A stretch of 64,000 bases of DNA. It comes from Oikopleura dioica (Eukaryota > Animalia > Chordata). The notes under the pieces are model-generated. The model was not told the origin of the DNA. It ran no database searches and was given only the letters and a program-made list of their open reading frames with translations. The stretch spans positions 13,392,001 through 13,456,000 of the forward strand of contig OU015567.1 of NCBI GenBank assembly GCA_907165135.1, given 5' to 3'. This document shows, in pieces, positions 25,101 to 36,890 of this stretch (the first letter of the stretch is position 1; each line of letters opens with the position of its first letter). Both the position numbers and the translations under genes were made by a program.

Positions 25101-25511
25101 AGCGTCATCTTCCTCGACCGATTCTTTCTGCGAAAAAGAAACTTGCCATTGCAGCGGAAACTGGTGGCTGTTTTCAAAAAACATAGACGAGTCGTGTGAT
25201 CTGACGCAAGAGCAGATCAAGATTCAAAAATCGTATCAGAATTTGTATGCAAATTTCATACACACAGGAAATCCAAATTCCTACATTGAGAATCTTAACG
25301 AGCAGCTTGATCACGAGGCAATGTTAGATTGGCAGCGCTCAAAGAGCTGGTTCTATATTGGAAAACAAGGAATAAAACAGGTAAATAGGCTCTTTTTTAA
25401 AAATAATTTACACTGAAAATTAAGACCGACTGGAACCTGCCAGGATCAAATTCACAATTGAAGAGCCGATGTGATCTTCTTGACTCGTTAGATAAATACC
25501 TTCAATTTTAA
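22146..25511 (+). CDS. Type-B carboxylesterase with acidic N-terminal tail and a single N-terminal transmembrane anchor
   Basis: TM FIGISIFGIIVVLASIVSGVLL; VPYAMPPTGDGRFKPP; ESCLFVNIFTP; PVLIDLHGGGFMSGS; NYRL; NAGFLDQQLAIEW/VHQQIDAFGGD; nucleophile elbow GCSSG. Start codon uncertain. Confidence 0.87.
23701..23926 (+). pseudogene. Internally deleted duplicate fragment of the carboxylesterase gene inside its own intron
   Basis: 23701-23808 copies 23927-24029 (intron end and exon start). About 23810-23926 copies about 25067-25185 (late exon). Confidence 0.85.
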
Positions 25512-25639
25512 AGTTGTGTAAATTTCTGTATATAATTGAATATCAATGAACATACATGTAACATGTTATTGTATTTGAGTCTTTTTATTCACAAATAATG
25601 GGCATAATATGAGCAAGAGGGTAAGAGAGGCTAAAGAGG

Positions 25640-27339
25640 TTAATTTCTTCTGAACCAATTAAGGAATTGGCTTATAAGGTCGTTTTGATTGAACAGTCGT
25701 TTTCCATCTTTAATTATATACCGCATTCCTCGGTAAACTTGAGGGGCTTCGGTCGAGATGATTTGAATCCGGCTCTGGCTTCTGAACCTGTTCTCTTTCG
25801 GCTCCTCTTCTTTTTCTTCGGGTTCTTCGGACTCTTCTGGCTCTTCTATTTTCTGAGCATCAAGTAGCATTGTCGCCAGCGAAGTTGTTTCTTCTACATT
25901 TGGACGCGTTGCTTTACATGTAGTTTCTACCGGATGAGTCCATTTGCATACACCCTAAATAGGCGTCAATTATCACTCGTAACTCATCATCAGACAAAAT
26001 GTGTCTATACAACAATATCAACAACATCTTGACTGTAATGACGTTTCTCTTTGTTATTGCCGTTCTCGCTTTACCTGAATACAAAAACATCTGTTCGAAA
26101 TCGTCTTTTCCCCTCTGCAAGGAAGTCTACATTTTGCCCGGTGCTTTCGGACGAGATCACACTTCCAGCGTTTCGAATCGGCGAGGGATTGACAATTGCT
26201 GAAGGTTTCATCTTTCTTTGGTTGTGGCTTCGTTGTAGTCGTCGAAGCAGATTTCATCGCTCTTGTCGATGTTGTTGGGTCTGTTGCTTGTGTATCAGCA
26301 GCGCAAGATTTTTGATTCTCGTCAATTTCCCACTTGCAGCCAGTGAAGAATTTCAACGGACCCATTCTAGTGTAGCATGAACACTTCTGTTTGCGAGCAA
26401 GAGCGTGGCTTTCGAAACATCGTGCTTCACAGAGAAGCTCATCTCCCTTTTCAGAGCACTCCCACGTTGGACAGTTCTCTCCATTTTCGCACAATAATGG
26501 TTCAGGAAGCTGACATTCCTAATCCAAAACATAACTTCCGTATTCATTAAATTAGTTTACCTCAAGTTTGACGCTGATTGACTTCTCTTCGACGATTCCT
26601 CCTTCAGCGCACTCAAAAAACGCTAAAAATTATTGTTAGTTTTTTCTCTTCTCAAATTTTCTTCGTAAAATCTCTATCTTTGACGCTCTTTGGACTTTGT
26701 AAAATTACCTTGAGCAATAATGAGCCCTTTAATATCGGTGAAATATTTCATAATAAAATGACTACCATCTTGGTGAACCCTTTTTATTCCTTGAGCATGA
26801 ATTTTGAGGGCGCTCTCGCGCCACCCGAGCGCTCAAGAAACCCTTTTCAAAGCGTCTGGCATAACCTGAATTCCAAATTCTTGGAGCTGAGTGCCTTCGA
26901 GGAAATGACGACATCGTCAAAAGTTTAACTACCATACCTTCTATAAGAAAATTTAAGATATGTTACGTTGCTTATTGATAAAAAAGCAATAAAGGACATG
27001 ATTTTTCGGACATTAATTTAATTTTTTCTCATCAAAAATCATTCTGAAATAGCCAGCCTTTAGTCAATACCAACCAACACTTATTTAGGTGAGTTTCTCC
27101 CAATATTATAAGCTTCGAAATACAAGCTACCTGGTAAAGGACAAGTCAAGAGCAAAACAATCTCAAAGGGGATTTCTCAAGTATTCCCTTTCATATAGAC
27201 ACTAAGTTCACAGCAGCTCTTTCATCCCGTAAAATCGCGAGGAATGAGAAGAGTGATTGATTTTCCCGCCGAAAAACTTGACTTTGAATAAACCCCGTGA
27301 ACATAAAGAACAATACTTGTACATCCGGGGTATCTATCA
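25640..27339 (-). CDS. Multi-exon Cys-rich, probably secreted protein with small W-C-C modules and Thr-rich linkers; 5' boundary uncertain
   Basis: ECQLPEPLLCENGENCPTWECSEKGDELLCEARC...CSC...CKWE and a second module CQSLADSKRWKCDLVRKHRAKCRLPC...CFC, joined by GT-AG introns; acidic tail ends at 25640. Confidence 0.55.
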
Positions 27340-27389
27340 TTTGAGATAATTCTTAAGCGCTGTTTTCACTGCATGTTATCTTTCCGGTT

Positions 27390-30300
27390 TTATATTTTAT
27401 TTAACTTATCAACAGATAAAAACATCCGACTCAGCATTGTCTTCGAGGACTTGTGCGCAGCGCGGGTTGACACGCAATCCGAATGCTGCTTCGTCGAAAG
27501 ATTAGAAGGGCACGATTTCGGATGCCAAGGATGGAACAGCCCCGGATCAATCGCTCGGGCAACGGAAGCCCCTTTCTTGACTAGATTCTCGAAGAAAGCG
27601 ATGTCTTCTCCTCCCCATCCTTTCAAAAACTTGTCGAAACCGACCGTCTTCGAGAAGGTTCTTTTGCTCATCGCTGCCATGCCGAACGAAAATGATCTCC
27701 AAAATCCATTCTCTTCCATCTGCGCCGTTGAATTACCATTTTCATATTGAGAGAAGAAAATTGGAAAATATGCATTGTCTAAAATTGATTCGAATCGAAT
27801 TAATTCTTTCATCAAAAATAACCTTTTGCAAGGAATCTAATCCTTCTTATAGATTCTCTGTTTACGACGAGATCAACATCGCAGATGAAGAAAACATCCT
27901 CTTCCTTGAGGAGATTGATTCCATGATTGAGGCAGCGGCCACGTGCGAATGGCTCACCACATTCAATTACGGAAATTCGTCTTTCAAACAGCTCTCAAGC
28001 ATGATTTTACAATACTGATCTTGTTTTTGTCTAGAGCGTTTCCTTGGGCCAAGAGTATCCAGGCCGAAAAAGCCAAGATTTTGTCGTATTTTTGCCACTG
28101 TGTCTTGGATAAAAAGCAGCATCGTAATTTACTATAACTAGCTTTCTATTAATAAAAAAGTTCGTTCTAAAGTGCCTCCTCAGAAAAAGAGACACGTCTG
28201 ACATTTATCCCATTACTTCGCTCTGATTTCCCCCCACTGCTATGATCAGATTAAGATTCTTCTCATCTTTCACCAGCTCGCTCCAGTTCTCCAGAAACCT
28301 GTTTAAATTTTCCGCTCTTCCGCTGACTGGCGTAATGAACGTCAGCTTCTTTTGGTAATCAACCGTCACGTGACGTGCAATCAGATCTGCTGCCTTCATT
28401 TTCAGAATGAGGTGGCTTCCCCTTGAAGTTGCTTGCATGAGCATTTTTCCAGCGCTAGAAAATGAACGCTGTGATTTTGAGAGAGTTCAATTTACAACAC
28501 CATGAGCTTTAGAACTCATGAATTTGATCACAAGACCTGCTCTGAGCTGATGACATCAGACCAGATTTCACGGATTACGCAAAAATGGAATTCAATTATT
28601 CGCTTACGGCCTTCTTCAAAGATAAAGAATTTTCAAAGAAAAAATCGACTTCTTGTACTTTTTTAGAGATTTTATAATAAACTTTCTTAAATTTTCAGAA
28701 AATTACTAAAAATCTATTTTTGATGAATTTGATGAAACATGAAAAGGATGAATAGTTCTCAAAATATTATTTCAAATTTTTTTCTAAAATATTAAAAAAG
28801 TCGAAATAGAGCTTCATTTGCCCAAGAGCTTCATCTCCCCAAGAGCTTCATTTGCCCAGGCTGGGGAGATGAAGCTCTTGGGGAGATGAAGCTCTGGGGA
28901 GATGAAGCTCTTGGGCAAATGAAGCCTACCCAATTTTTCGCTACCTTGATGTGCAAACGGCGATTGAACGCTCTCCAGATTTCGCTCGATAACGACCAAG
29001 TGCTTTTCGGAAAGCAAGAATTTCTTCTTTTTCAGCAGAACTCAACGCCGTTCTAGGTTTGCCCTCCTGCCATGTATATTTGCTTACAGACAAGATCGTT
29101 TCCCACTTGCAATTGTTCATTTTCGCGATCGTGTCTTTCGTAGAAATAGTAAACACGTTTTCTTTCAGCTTTCTTTTGGATCGAATTGCGCGTTTTTGAG
29201 GTAAATTAAAGTAATGATAAGCAATTTTAGAGACCCAAAACGAAGATTTTAACAGGTCGATTTTCTTCTTGAGCGCCAGGATTTTGGCTTTCTGCGCTTT
29301 TAGCCGGATTTTGTACTGGATATCGGGAACCTTAAACATTGATAAGATAAAGATAGTCATACTTATTTTCGGTGAACTTTACCTTGACAGAGTGCATTGT
29401 GAGCGACTTCGAAACGATGATATTGTTTAGCTCGTTCTCAGGATCAGTAATTGGCTTTCGGGTCTCCTAACATGGTACTGTCAATAATTTTTTTATTGAA
29501 ACAGTTAGCATGGACATGAATGGGAACCCAATTTGGAAAAATTGAAAAGCAATATTTTTTTTTGAAAAAACTGATTCAACAATTTTGAGACGTTCCTCGG
29601 ATCCGCTTTCAACGTTTCGTCGCTGCTTAGACCAGTTTTGGAAGAAATACACCTGCAGGTCTTTCGAATTCTAGCGTCTTCATTAGTTGTTAATCAAATT
29701 TGAACCAACCGTGCAACTTATTCCCAAGTGCTTCCAAACGCATCTTCCGATCTCCACATCTTCATGCTCCGTCAGTAGCTCCTTCACACACGTCGTCAGA
29801 AAAGGTCGGACTTTCCTTATCAGCTCATTTGAAAACAGAACACCGGGCCCTCCCATGCAGTAAACCATCGAATCAGCGACATAATCAAGCGCGTTTCGTC
29901 CAAATCCTGCCCTCAAGTCCAGAACGGTACCTGCGGATAAAACGCGCCCTGGGAGACTGATAAGGCGAGCTTATCGAAAAAATATGCTCCGGCTGGAAAA
30001 TTGATAAAGAAAAGGTTTTTAGAAGGATAAAGATATAATTATAAGAATCAGCTGAATAAGAAATAGTTAAGATTAGAATAGACCACTGTACTAAATGAGT
30101 TTTTCTTCAAAATATTTTTAATCATGTAAAATGTTCAAATTATCTCTTATCGCTGGATTAATCTTAATTCTTGGGCCAGGATGAGCCGTTTTTCTTTATC
30201 TTATCAATCTAGTATTAATTGGTCGCTTATCAGAATTTTCAAAAAGACACGTCGAATGACGTAAATGTTCAAGTGGAACCAATGTCGTTGTTTTCGCTCA

Positions 30301-31237
30301 TCACACGCGAAAATTCGGAATTTACCGTGGCAAAGAATATTTTTTTGAAGATTGATCGTACTACTAAGTTCAAGACTGATTGCCTGGGTTGCCGATCATC
30401 AAGGGCTTGGTTGAGTTGAGACGCGCCTTCGAAAAGACAAATTAATCACGTGCTCGAGTCTTTGATTTTTTCCTACCAGAAACAAGTTGAGGTTCTCCCA
30501 CTGAATTACAGTGTCATCGTCAAGGCGGAGAAACCACTCATATTGATCGATGAGTTTGTCGTGGAAAAAAGCTTTCAAAGCGGATCTTAAACTTTTTCCA
30601 TCCTTTTTTTCATCCTCCCGCTTTTCAGTCAATCAATAATTGATAATTATCCGATCCTAACATTTTGAATGATTTTTTCTGAGGCGGATAGACGTGGTCA
30701 TCCACATCTGCCATCGAAATTGTATTGAAGCCGGGTTCCGGTTTGGAAAAGAAAAGTACATCCACGTCATTTCTATCTTAAAATATATGCGTTAAAATCT
30801 TAGAAAACGGCCCACCAAAGCAGTTTAAAACAACCCAGACGATGCTTATCAGTCGACAATCTCCTTACCTAAATCCCTAAGCCAAGTGTCGCTAAAGGCC
30901 TTCACTCGCGTACGCAAGAATTCTGGCGTCGTCATAATTCCAATAACTGCACGTTTTTTCTTCGTTTCATCTGGTCTTTTGCTGATTTGCGAGACATTGC
31001 CAGGATAGAGTTTTTCACCGGAAATATTTGGCTTTGGTTGATTTTGCTTTAAATAATTTTCGACGCAGGCACTTTGGAAAAATAACAAATTGCCTTTCTT
31101 AGGTGAAGAAAACGTGGCTACGCAGTTTTAAAAATGCCTTGCAAAAGTACTGATAAGGCTTAATTCTAGCTTTTCACCTCTCCTAGCGCATAACCAAGTA
31201 TAATGCCAATAAAGAAATTCGCTTCTCTGAAAACCAT
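27390..31237 (-). CDS. CHSY1: Chondroitin sulfate synthase (CHSY1-like), multi-exon
   Basis: Signal anchor FFIGIILGYAL; AVIGIMTT...TRVKAFSDTW; YEWFLRLDDDT; YCMGGPGVLFS...HEDVEIGRC; YFPIFFSQY...GFWRSFSFG...KGWGGEDIAFF...HPWHPKSC. Confidence 0.9.
28808..28925. repeat. Foldback minisatellite: three 17 bp units followed by four inverted units
   Basis: AGAGCTTCAT(T/C)T(G/C)CCCA x3 (28808-28858), GGC spacer, then TGGG(G/C)A(G/A)ATGAAGCTCT x4 (28862-28925, last unit partial). Lies in a CHSY1 intron. Confidence 0.9.
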
Positions 31238-31294
31238 TTTTTCTTTCTTCAATGCAGCAATAAAAAACAGCCAGGTACTATTTTTTTCGCGAGT

Positions 31295-34200
31295 TTATTT
31301 TTCGAGTGCTTTATTTATTTTATTCAAACTTTGGCGCCTTTTCAGAAAGATTAACAGCTTGAATGAAAAGATCAAAAAATGTGTCTTTTTTCTCAATTTT
31401 TTTTTCTCATAAAATGAACTTTGCTTTTGAGTCGGAAGTTTCGAGCTTTGATTTTCTGTTGGACTTGGAGGAGGCTGGAAGAGGCTTGTACTAGAGTTGT
31501 ATTTCGGTAAAGAGGTTAATGTCAAAATTATCAGGTACCTTTTTGGCTGAACTAATCGCTAGTGCGCTTTGAACATGCTTCACTCTCCCGGAAGTCTTCC
31601 ACCTGCATCGCTGGAAAACATCACATGAAAGTTTTACAAGCGCGAACAGATTCAACCCGAGAAATAATCCCACAGTGCCGCCTAAATCCGAGAGGAAATC
31701 GACGACAGTATATGTTGCTTTTTCAACGAGAATCATGTCTTGCTCGGCTAGTTGAATGATCATTGTGGCGTGCTCGGTGATTGTTTTTTGCTCGCCGGCG
31801 TGAATGTCAGCGTACTAAGTTTTCGAGTTCTGAATGGGTTAGTAGAAGTCTTTGTGTTCTCGACGAACTCTTTCCTGGATTGATTTCTGATGAAACTGAT
31901 TCTGCAAGCATTGCGGTAAGCACTCTTTATTGTAGTTTTTTAAGCTATTGGGAAGAAGATTGTTTTGTTAATTGAACCATTCCTGATCCCATTCGAGGCA
32001 CTTCCCGCCAGACGTCAATGTGCTTCGCCGCGCAAGTCGCATGAGCTAGGAAATTGCACGGCTTGCTTTCGCAAGGATTTTACGTCAATGAGCGTTGTTA
32101 ATTTAGAAAATACAATTAACAGGGCTCTGGGTGGAATCCTTGCCATTTAGTGTAATTTGAAAGGAGTCTCGTGACTGAAATAAGCCCGCCGATGTAATCT
32201 CATTTCGGTTGTGAAATGTCTTCTGTGAACTTTGAACAGCAGCTGGTGAATAAACCAGCTCAGTTCTTTTAATGCAATTTTGTTATTTAATCAAGGCTTT
32301 CTTTGTTTTCTCGCTCAAAAATAAACTGAAATTCTTCGAAAATTACGCGAGCAGTGAAAATTGAATTTACCTTCTTTTAATTTATCCCTTTTCTCCCCCG
32401 ATAGGATTGAATAAAAAATTCAATTTACAATGAAAATTTTTAAGAGGACATTTTCCTGGATAGCATTCGCATTCGCGGCAGAGAGTTTTAACCAGAGAGG
32501 CATACTGGCATTTGACCATACTGTAAGGATTTTGAGGAGTGTTCGGAATGCATTTTGTGTGCTTAAATTATCATTATTGCTATTTTGATAAATGAATTTT
32601 TAGACAGATAATTCATCACTTTAATGGTGGCCTCGAAAAGTGTGCGTTGGAAATGGTCAACAATCCCTTGGGATAGATAACAGAGCAGATAAAAGAAGAA
32701 AGAACTTTTTTTCTATGAAAAAAATGAAAGTTTTTACTTTGAATATTTTTTCTGCCAGTTTTGCTAACGGATTCATTATGAGGTAACGATATTTTGAGAA
32801 TCTCTACATTCTGTGTTCTAGTACTCCTCCTGAAGACATTGTCGACTACTGGGACAAGAATAACCTCTTCGACGACAGGCACCCTTTTGAGTTCGGGGAA
32901 ATGCCGACCAAACTGCACTCGTTGCTTCATTTTAAGGATTTTGTCGATAGAAAAGGAACCGAGCTAGACAACCCTGCATACTTCTTTTTCAACATCTGAG
33001 TATGAATAAACTCACCGGATCTCCGAGAAATGTCTGTTGAACATTTTGAACTGAAATAATTGGCGTCAATCTGGAGCTGAGGTAGACTGAGTGGCCGGGA
33101 ATGAACATTTCCGTCTCTGGGTGCTGGTAGTGAACGTTGAAGCCTTGCATAACGCCGTTCCATCCAAAAGTGGCGTCCGACTCATTTTGCGCTAGAATCG
33201 TTGAGTGATGTAGAGACAACAGTAGATTTACCAAATGTTATGCTGAGACGAGCTCGTCCCTGGCTGTTAATTTGCTCCGAACTGTTGTACATCAGACAGT
33301 AGCCATAAAGAGTTGACTTGAAAAGATTTGAATATAGCATTATGTACCGGTTATCGGAACGTACCACGAATTTCCATGTAAATTTGCAGTCAGCATAATT
33401 AAAATCGCATCCGAGAATGCTGTACCGCGGCCTCGTTTTTCGGAAAAAGTCGGACAATCTCAAACTTGCGAGTTCAGTCCTAAACGAATCCAGGTTAATT
33501 GGCAATATATTTCAAACATAATTTAAGAAATCAGATTGCTTGCCTTAATAGAATTTAGCTCGATTGGATTAACTAGTAGCTTTCGTTTTTACCGCGCGTT
33601 CATGTCGCTCCTCAAATCATCCTTTCTTTTCGTCGTTTAGGTTAATTACAAACGAAATTATTTACGAGAAGACAAAACAAAATTAAATAACGCGTCAATA
33701 TAAAAAGTAGCTGCGTATAGTTAGAAGCCTCACTCATACCCAGTTTCATGCTATACTTCATTTAAAAATCAATTTTTGAACGGTTGCTATTACAGAAAAT
33801 AGGACTCCTTATTCTGTGAAATGAAATAATTAAGCGGTAATAGCTCGAATCGACAAAAAAATCGACAAATAATTAAAATTTTTGGTATATTTTTTTTCTG
33901 AAATCTGATTGGCCGAATGCGGACATCTGATTGGTGGAAAATTAGACCAAAATTTAGGTCGTTATTGTCGCAAATTTGTCGATTTCTGCCTCTTCCCAAA
34001 TATACCAAATATGGTAGGTATAATTCCCAGGGAGAAAATATTGACTTTTACCCCGAAAGATAATTTTTACAAGAAAAGTGAGTGGAATTCCAACTCTCTT
34101 ATAACACGCTTACCACACTTCAGTCTCATTCAAACGTAGGGATTTTTCAACATCTTCTTTTTGCTCCTGTTTGCTTAAATAAGGGGCATAAATAGAGACA

Positions 34201-35647
34201 TGCAAATGTACGTATACTTGGATCTCCCGTCGACTTTTTGAAAACCGCCGTAAAATATTCTGATCCAAGCAGGAGAAATCGCCGGAAAGTTTTTCTGCAA
34301 TCTATTTGCGGGTCATTTTTGGCAAGTTCAAAGTTGGTTTGACAAATTGAAAGACCCGTAATTAGAAAGTGAGTGCTGAGATTGACTGCAAACGTAGATA
34401 TTGGGAAAGCGACGACTTCCGGTTTTAGTTTTCTGCTCTTGAACGATCTTTTCAAAGGTTTTTTCGTGATCAAGTAAGATTCTTAATTTTCAAAGCGTTT
34501 TATGGGGAAGTGGCTCGAATCGACAAAATAATTGCGACAAATAATTCGAATTCTGCAAAAAAAATTTTTCAAAAATCTGATTGGCCTACCGACCGAATGC
34601 GGACATTTCCAAAGTTTTACCAAAATTTCGGATGAAATTGTCGCATTTTTTGACGATTCGTGCCTCCTCTTATTTGCTTATTCTTTCCAGGGAACAGCAT
34701 TTTAAACCCTTGTCGAAGGATAATTTGTATACTTAAGGATATAGCCTATGAAATTGAACTTTCATAGCGCCTAAATGCGACGTCGGATCATTTTGTTTCA
34801 AGCGCAATCCTATCTAAACATGTACGCAGAACTTGATTCTGGTACTTTTTTAAAAATTTTCATTTGAATTTTTCTCTGTAGAGCGTTTTGAAATCTTACG
34901 ATCGCGATTCCTCGAAATTTTTACATTAAATCGGTCGAGTTTTTTTGATAGAAAAGTAATCTAGACCCTTATCTACAATATTGTGGGTTCGGTTTTCTCT
35001 TATCCCGTCAAAAACCGATTTTAGAGCTATTTCCGTGAGGCTTCCTCGGCGCGTGAATAGTGTAAAAAGCGCTGCGCTGGGTGCTCAATCTTTCGACTCC
35101 TCTTTCCCGAGAGAGTGCGCGCGTTTGAAAGAGCGCTCTGATTGGTTGGACCCAAAAAAGCGCGCATGGAAGAAAAACAGTAGCAAGAAAGAGGAAAACA
35201 CTAGAATGAAAATTTGGCCGAGTTTGATAATTTTTCAGCCACAATATTCTAGTTTAGCATCATGCTAATGCAGTCATTGGTTTAGTTTTAGCGATTTAAT
35301 GTAAATATTTCGAGAAATCGCGATCGTAAGATTTCAAAACGCTCTACAGAGAAAAACTAAAATGATTTTTTTTTTAAATACCAGAATCGAGTTCTGCGTA
35401 CATTTTTAGATAGGATTGCGTTTGAAATAAAATCATCCGACGTCGCATTTAGGCGCTATGAAAGTTCAATTTCATAGGCTATATCCTTAACATAATCGCT
35501 CCATCCAGAATAAAATGTGACGATGAAACCCTAAAAATTTAAAGGCATTCCAAAATCGTTCAATAAAGAATTAATTCATACAGCGATCCAAACTCCTGCG
35601 ATGAAGCTCTTTTTTGAAAAGCTGCCAATACTCGACCCCTCTAACAT
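31295..35647 (-). CDS. DEG/ENaC (ASIC-like) ion channel subunit, multi-exon; ends approximate
   Basis: TM1 and post-TM1 VWIA/GFIVTFYSGWSDYVK/YTNYPSTR; RRFPNIYVCS; CDFNYADC...YGYCLMYN; TM2 YTVVDFLSDLGGTVGLFLGLNLFALV. Confidence 0.85.
33841..34665. repeat. Two degenerate copies (about 33841-33990 and 34510-34665) of an internally palindromic ~150 bp repeat in DEG/ENaC introns
   Basis: Shared GCTCGAATCGACAAAA...CGACAAATAATT and AAATCTGATTGGCC...GAATGCGGACAT; each copy ends with TTGTCG motifs inverted relative to its start. Confidence 0.6.
34737..35486. mobile_element. 750 bp TTAA-flanked TIR element (Kolobok-like MITE) coinciding with a GA-AG intron of the DEG/ENaC gene
   Basis: TTAA 34733-36 | GGATATAGCCTATGAAATTGAAC ... 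GTTCAATTTCATAGGCTATATCC | TTAA 35487-90. Inverted arms of about 200 bp. Confidence 0.92.
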
Positions 35648-36486
35648 TTCTTCTTTTACAAATAAAAATGGTGAATCGTCAAGAAAGAAAAAAAAGTTTG
35701 AATAAAAAAGGAGGGTTTGCTCATCTAGTCGCCCTTTTACTGAATAATAAATAGCCTTGTGTCAGAAAAGCCAGGAACTATCAAAAGACTGCTAATGATA
35801 TTAGCCATTTATTTTCCTTCTGTAAGCCACAATCAGCATTTTCTGGAAGTCTAAAAACGTCGATAAACAGGTTCTTACAGGCAGAAAACGGGACTTCTAT
35901 TCAACCAACGTGTTGACGGCGAAACATGCTTGCATGTACATTGGTTGTGGTGATGTTTCCAGAGCCAGACACGGTTTTGTAAATTCAGACAGGCAGATTA
36001 TCCTCATCAACTTATGTTAAACTAGCACGAGTTGTTTCACATGGACGTTTTCTTTTTCAATTTTTGACTGAGCTTAACCCTGTCTCGAGCAAAACACCAG
36101 TGGTAGACCATGAAACAGGGACTCTTTCGCCAAATATCATGACCGTTGAAATAGAGACCTCTAAGAAGTATTTCCGCCTAAAAATAAGCCCCCCTTATTT
36201 TCTTATATTTGATATTATTTCTGTTTTTAGATCATCTGAATCGCTAGACCTGGTTGGTTCCTTAACGACTTTTTTCCCGTAAGGCAATTCGTCAAACAGA
36301 ACTAAAATAAATATTGTCTTTTTCGGGAGAAAAAATAATGATAGAGATAACCACGAATTGTTCGGCCGAGTTGACTAAATTTCTTGGTAGCCCCAAGGAA
36401 CTTGAATCGTGCGCTGGAAAGACGTGTTGGATCGCTGTTTCTAAAGATGGCGGTGGTGTTATAAACGGAGCCATTGTTTTTGGTTC

Positions 36487-36865
36487 CGTTGAACTTTCCC
36501 TGCTATAGATACAGAAACTCGAGATTCGGTCCGGGTTTCCCCGTTTATTATGCGTGCACAGTTTCCAAGGGTACAGTCGAGCGGTCCAAGCGGTCTTCTG
36601 CGGATGGATTGGCTAACGGGCGGTACTGAACCTAAAGTTCCGTTAGTACTGGTCGGGACAGTTCTCTTTAATCAAGGTCGGGCCTAGCCTCAGGATTCCT
36701 GAGCTCCTACCTCGCCGGATCTCGGTGCGAGTCTGGCGAATCCAAACTGCACCTGGTCAGCGCGATAGTGGCCTTTCCTAAGGGCGAGTCGCCGACTCCC
36801 CTATTACTCGTCAAGGGACCGCTGTCCTTGGCAGCTGTCTCCGAGACTGGGTATCACCCTTAACG
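36487..36865 (-). repeat. 3' LTR (379 bp)
   Basis: CGTTGAAC...CCTTAACG on the plus strand; AATAAA on the minus strand near 36544-36549; direct repeat of 50017-50395. Confidence 0.95.
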
Positions 36866-36890
36866 TCCCCCTTCTTTACCTGAAATGCCA

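Noticed and set aside
28808-28925. Short regular repeats considered as a CRISPR array
   Set aside because: No spacers, inverted arrangement, eukaryotic intron context, no cas genes.
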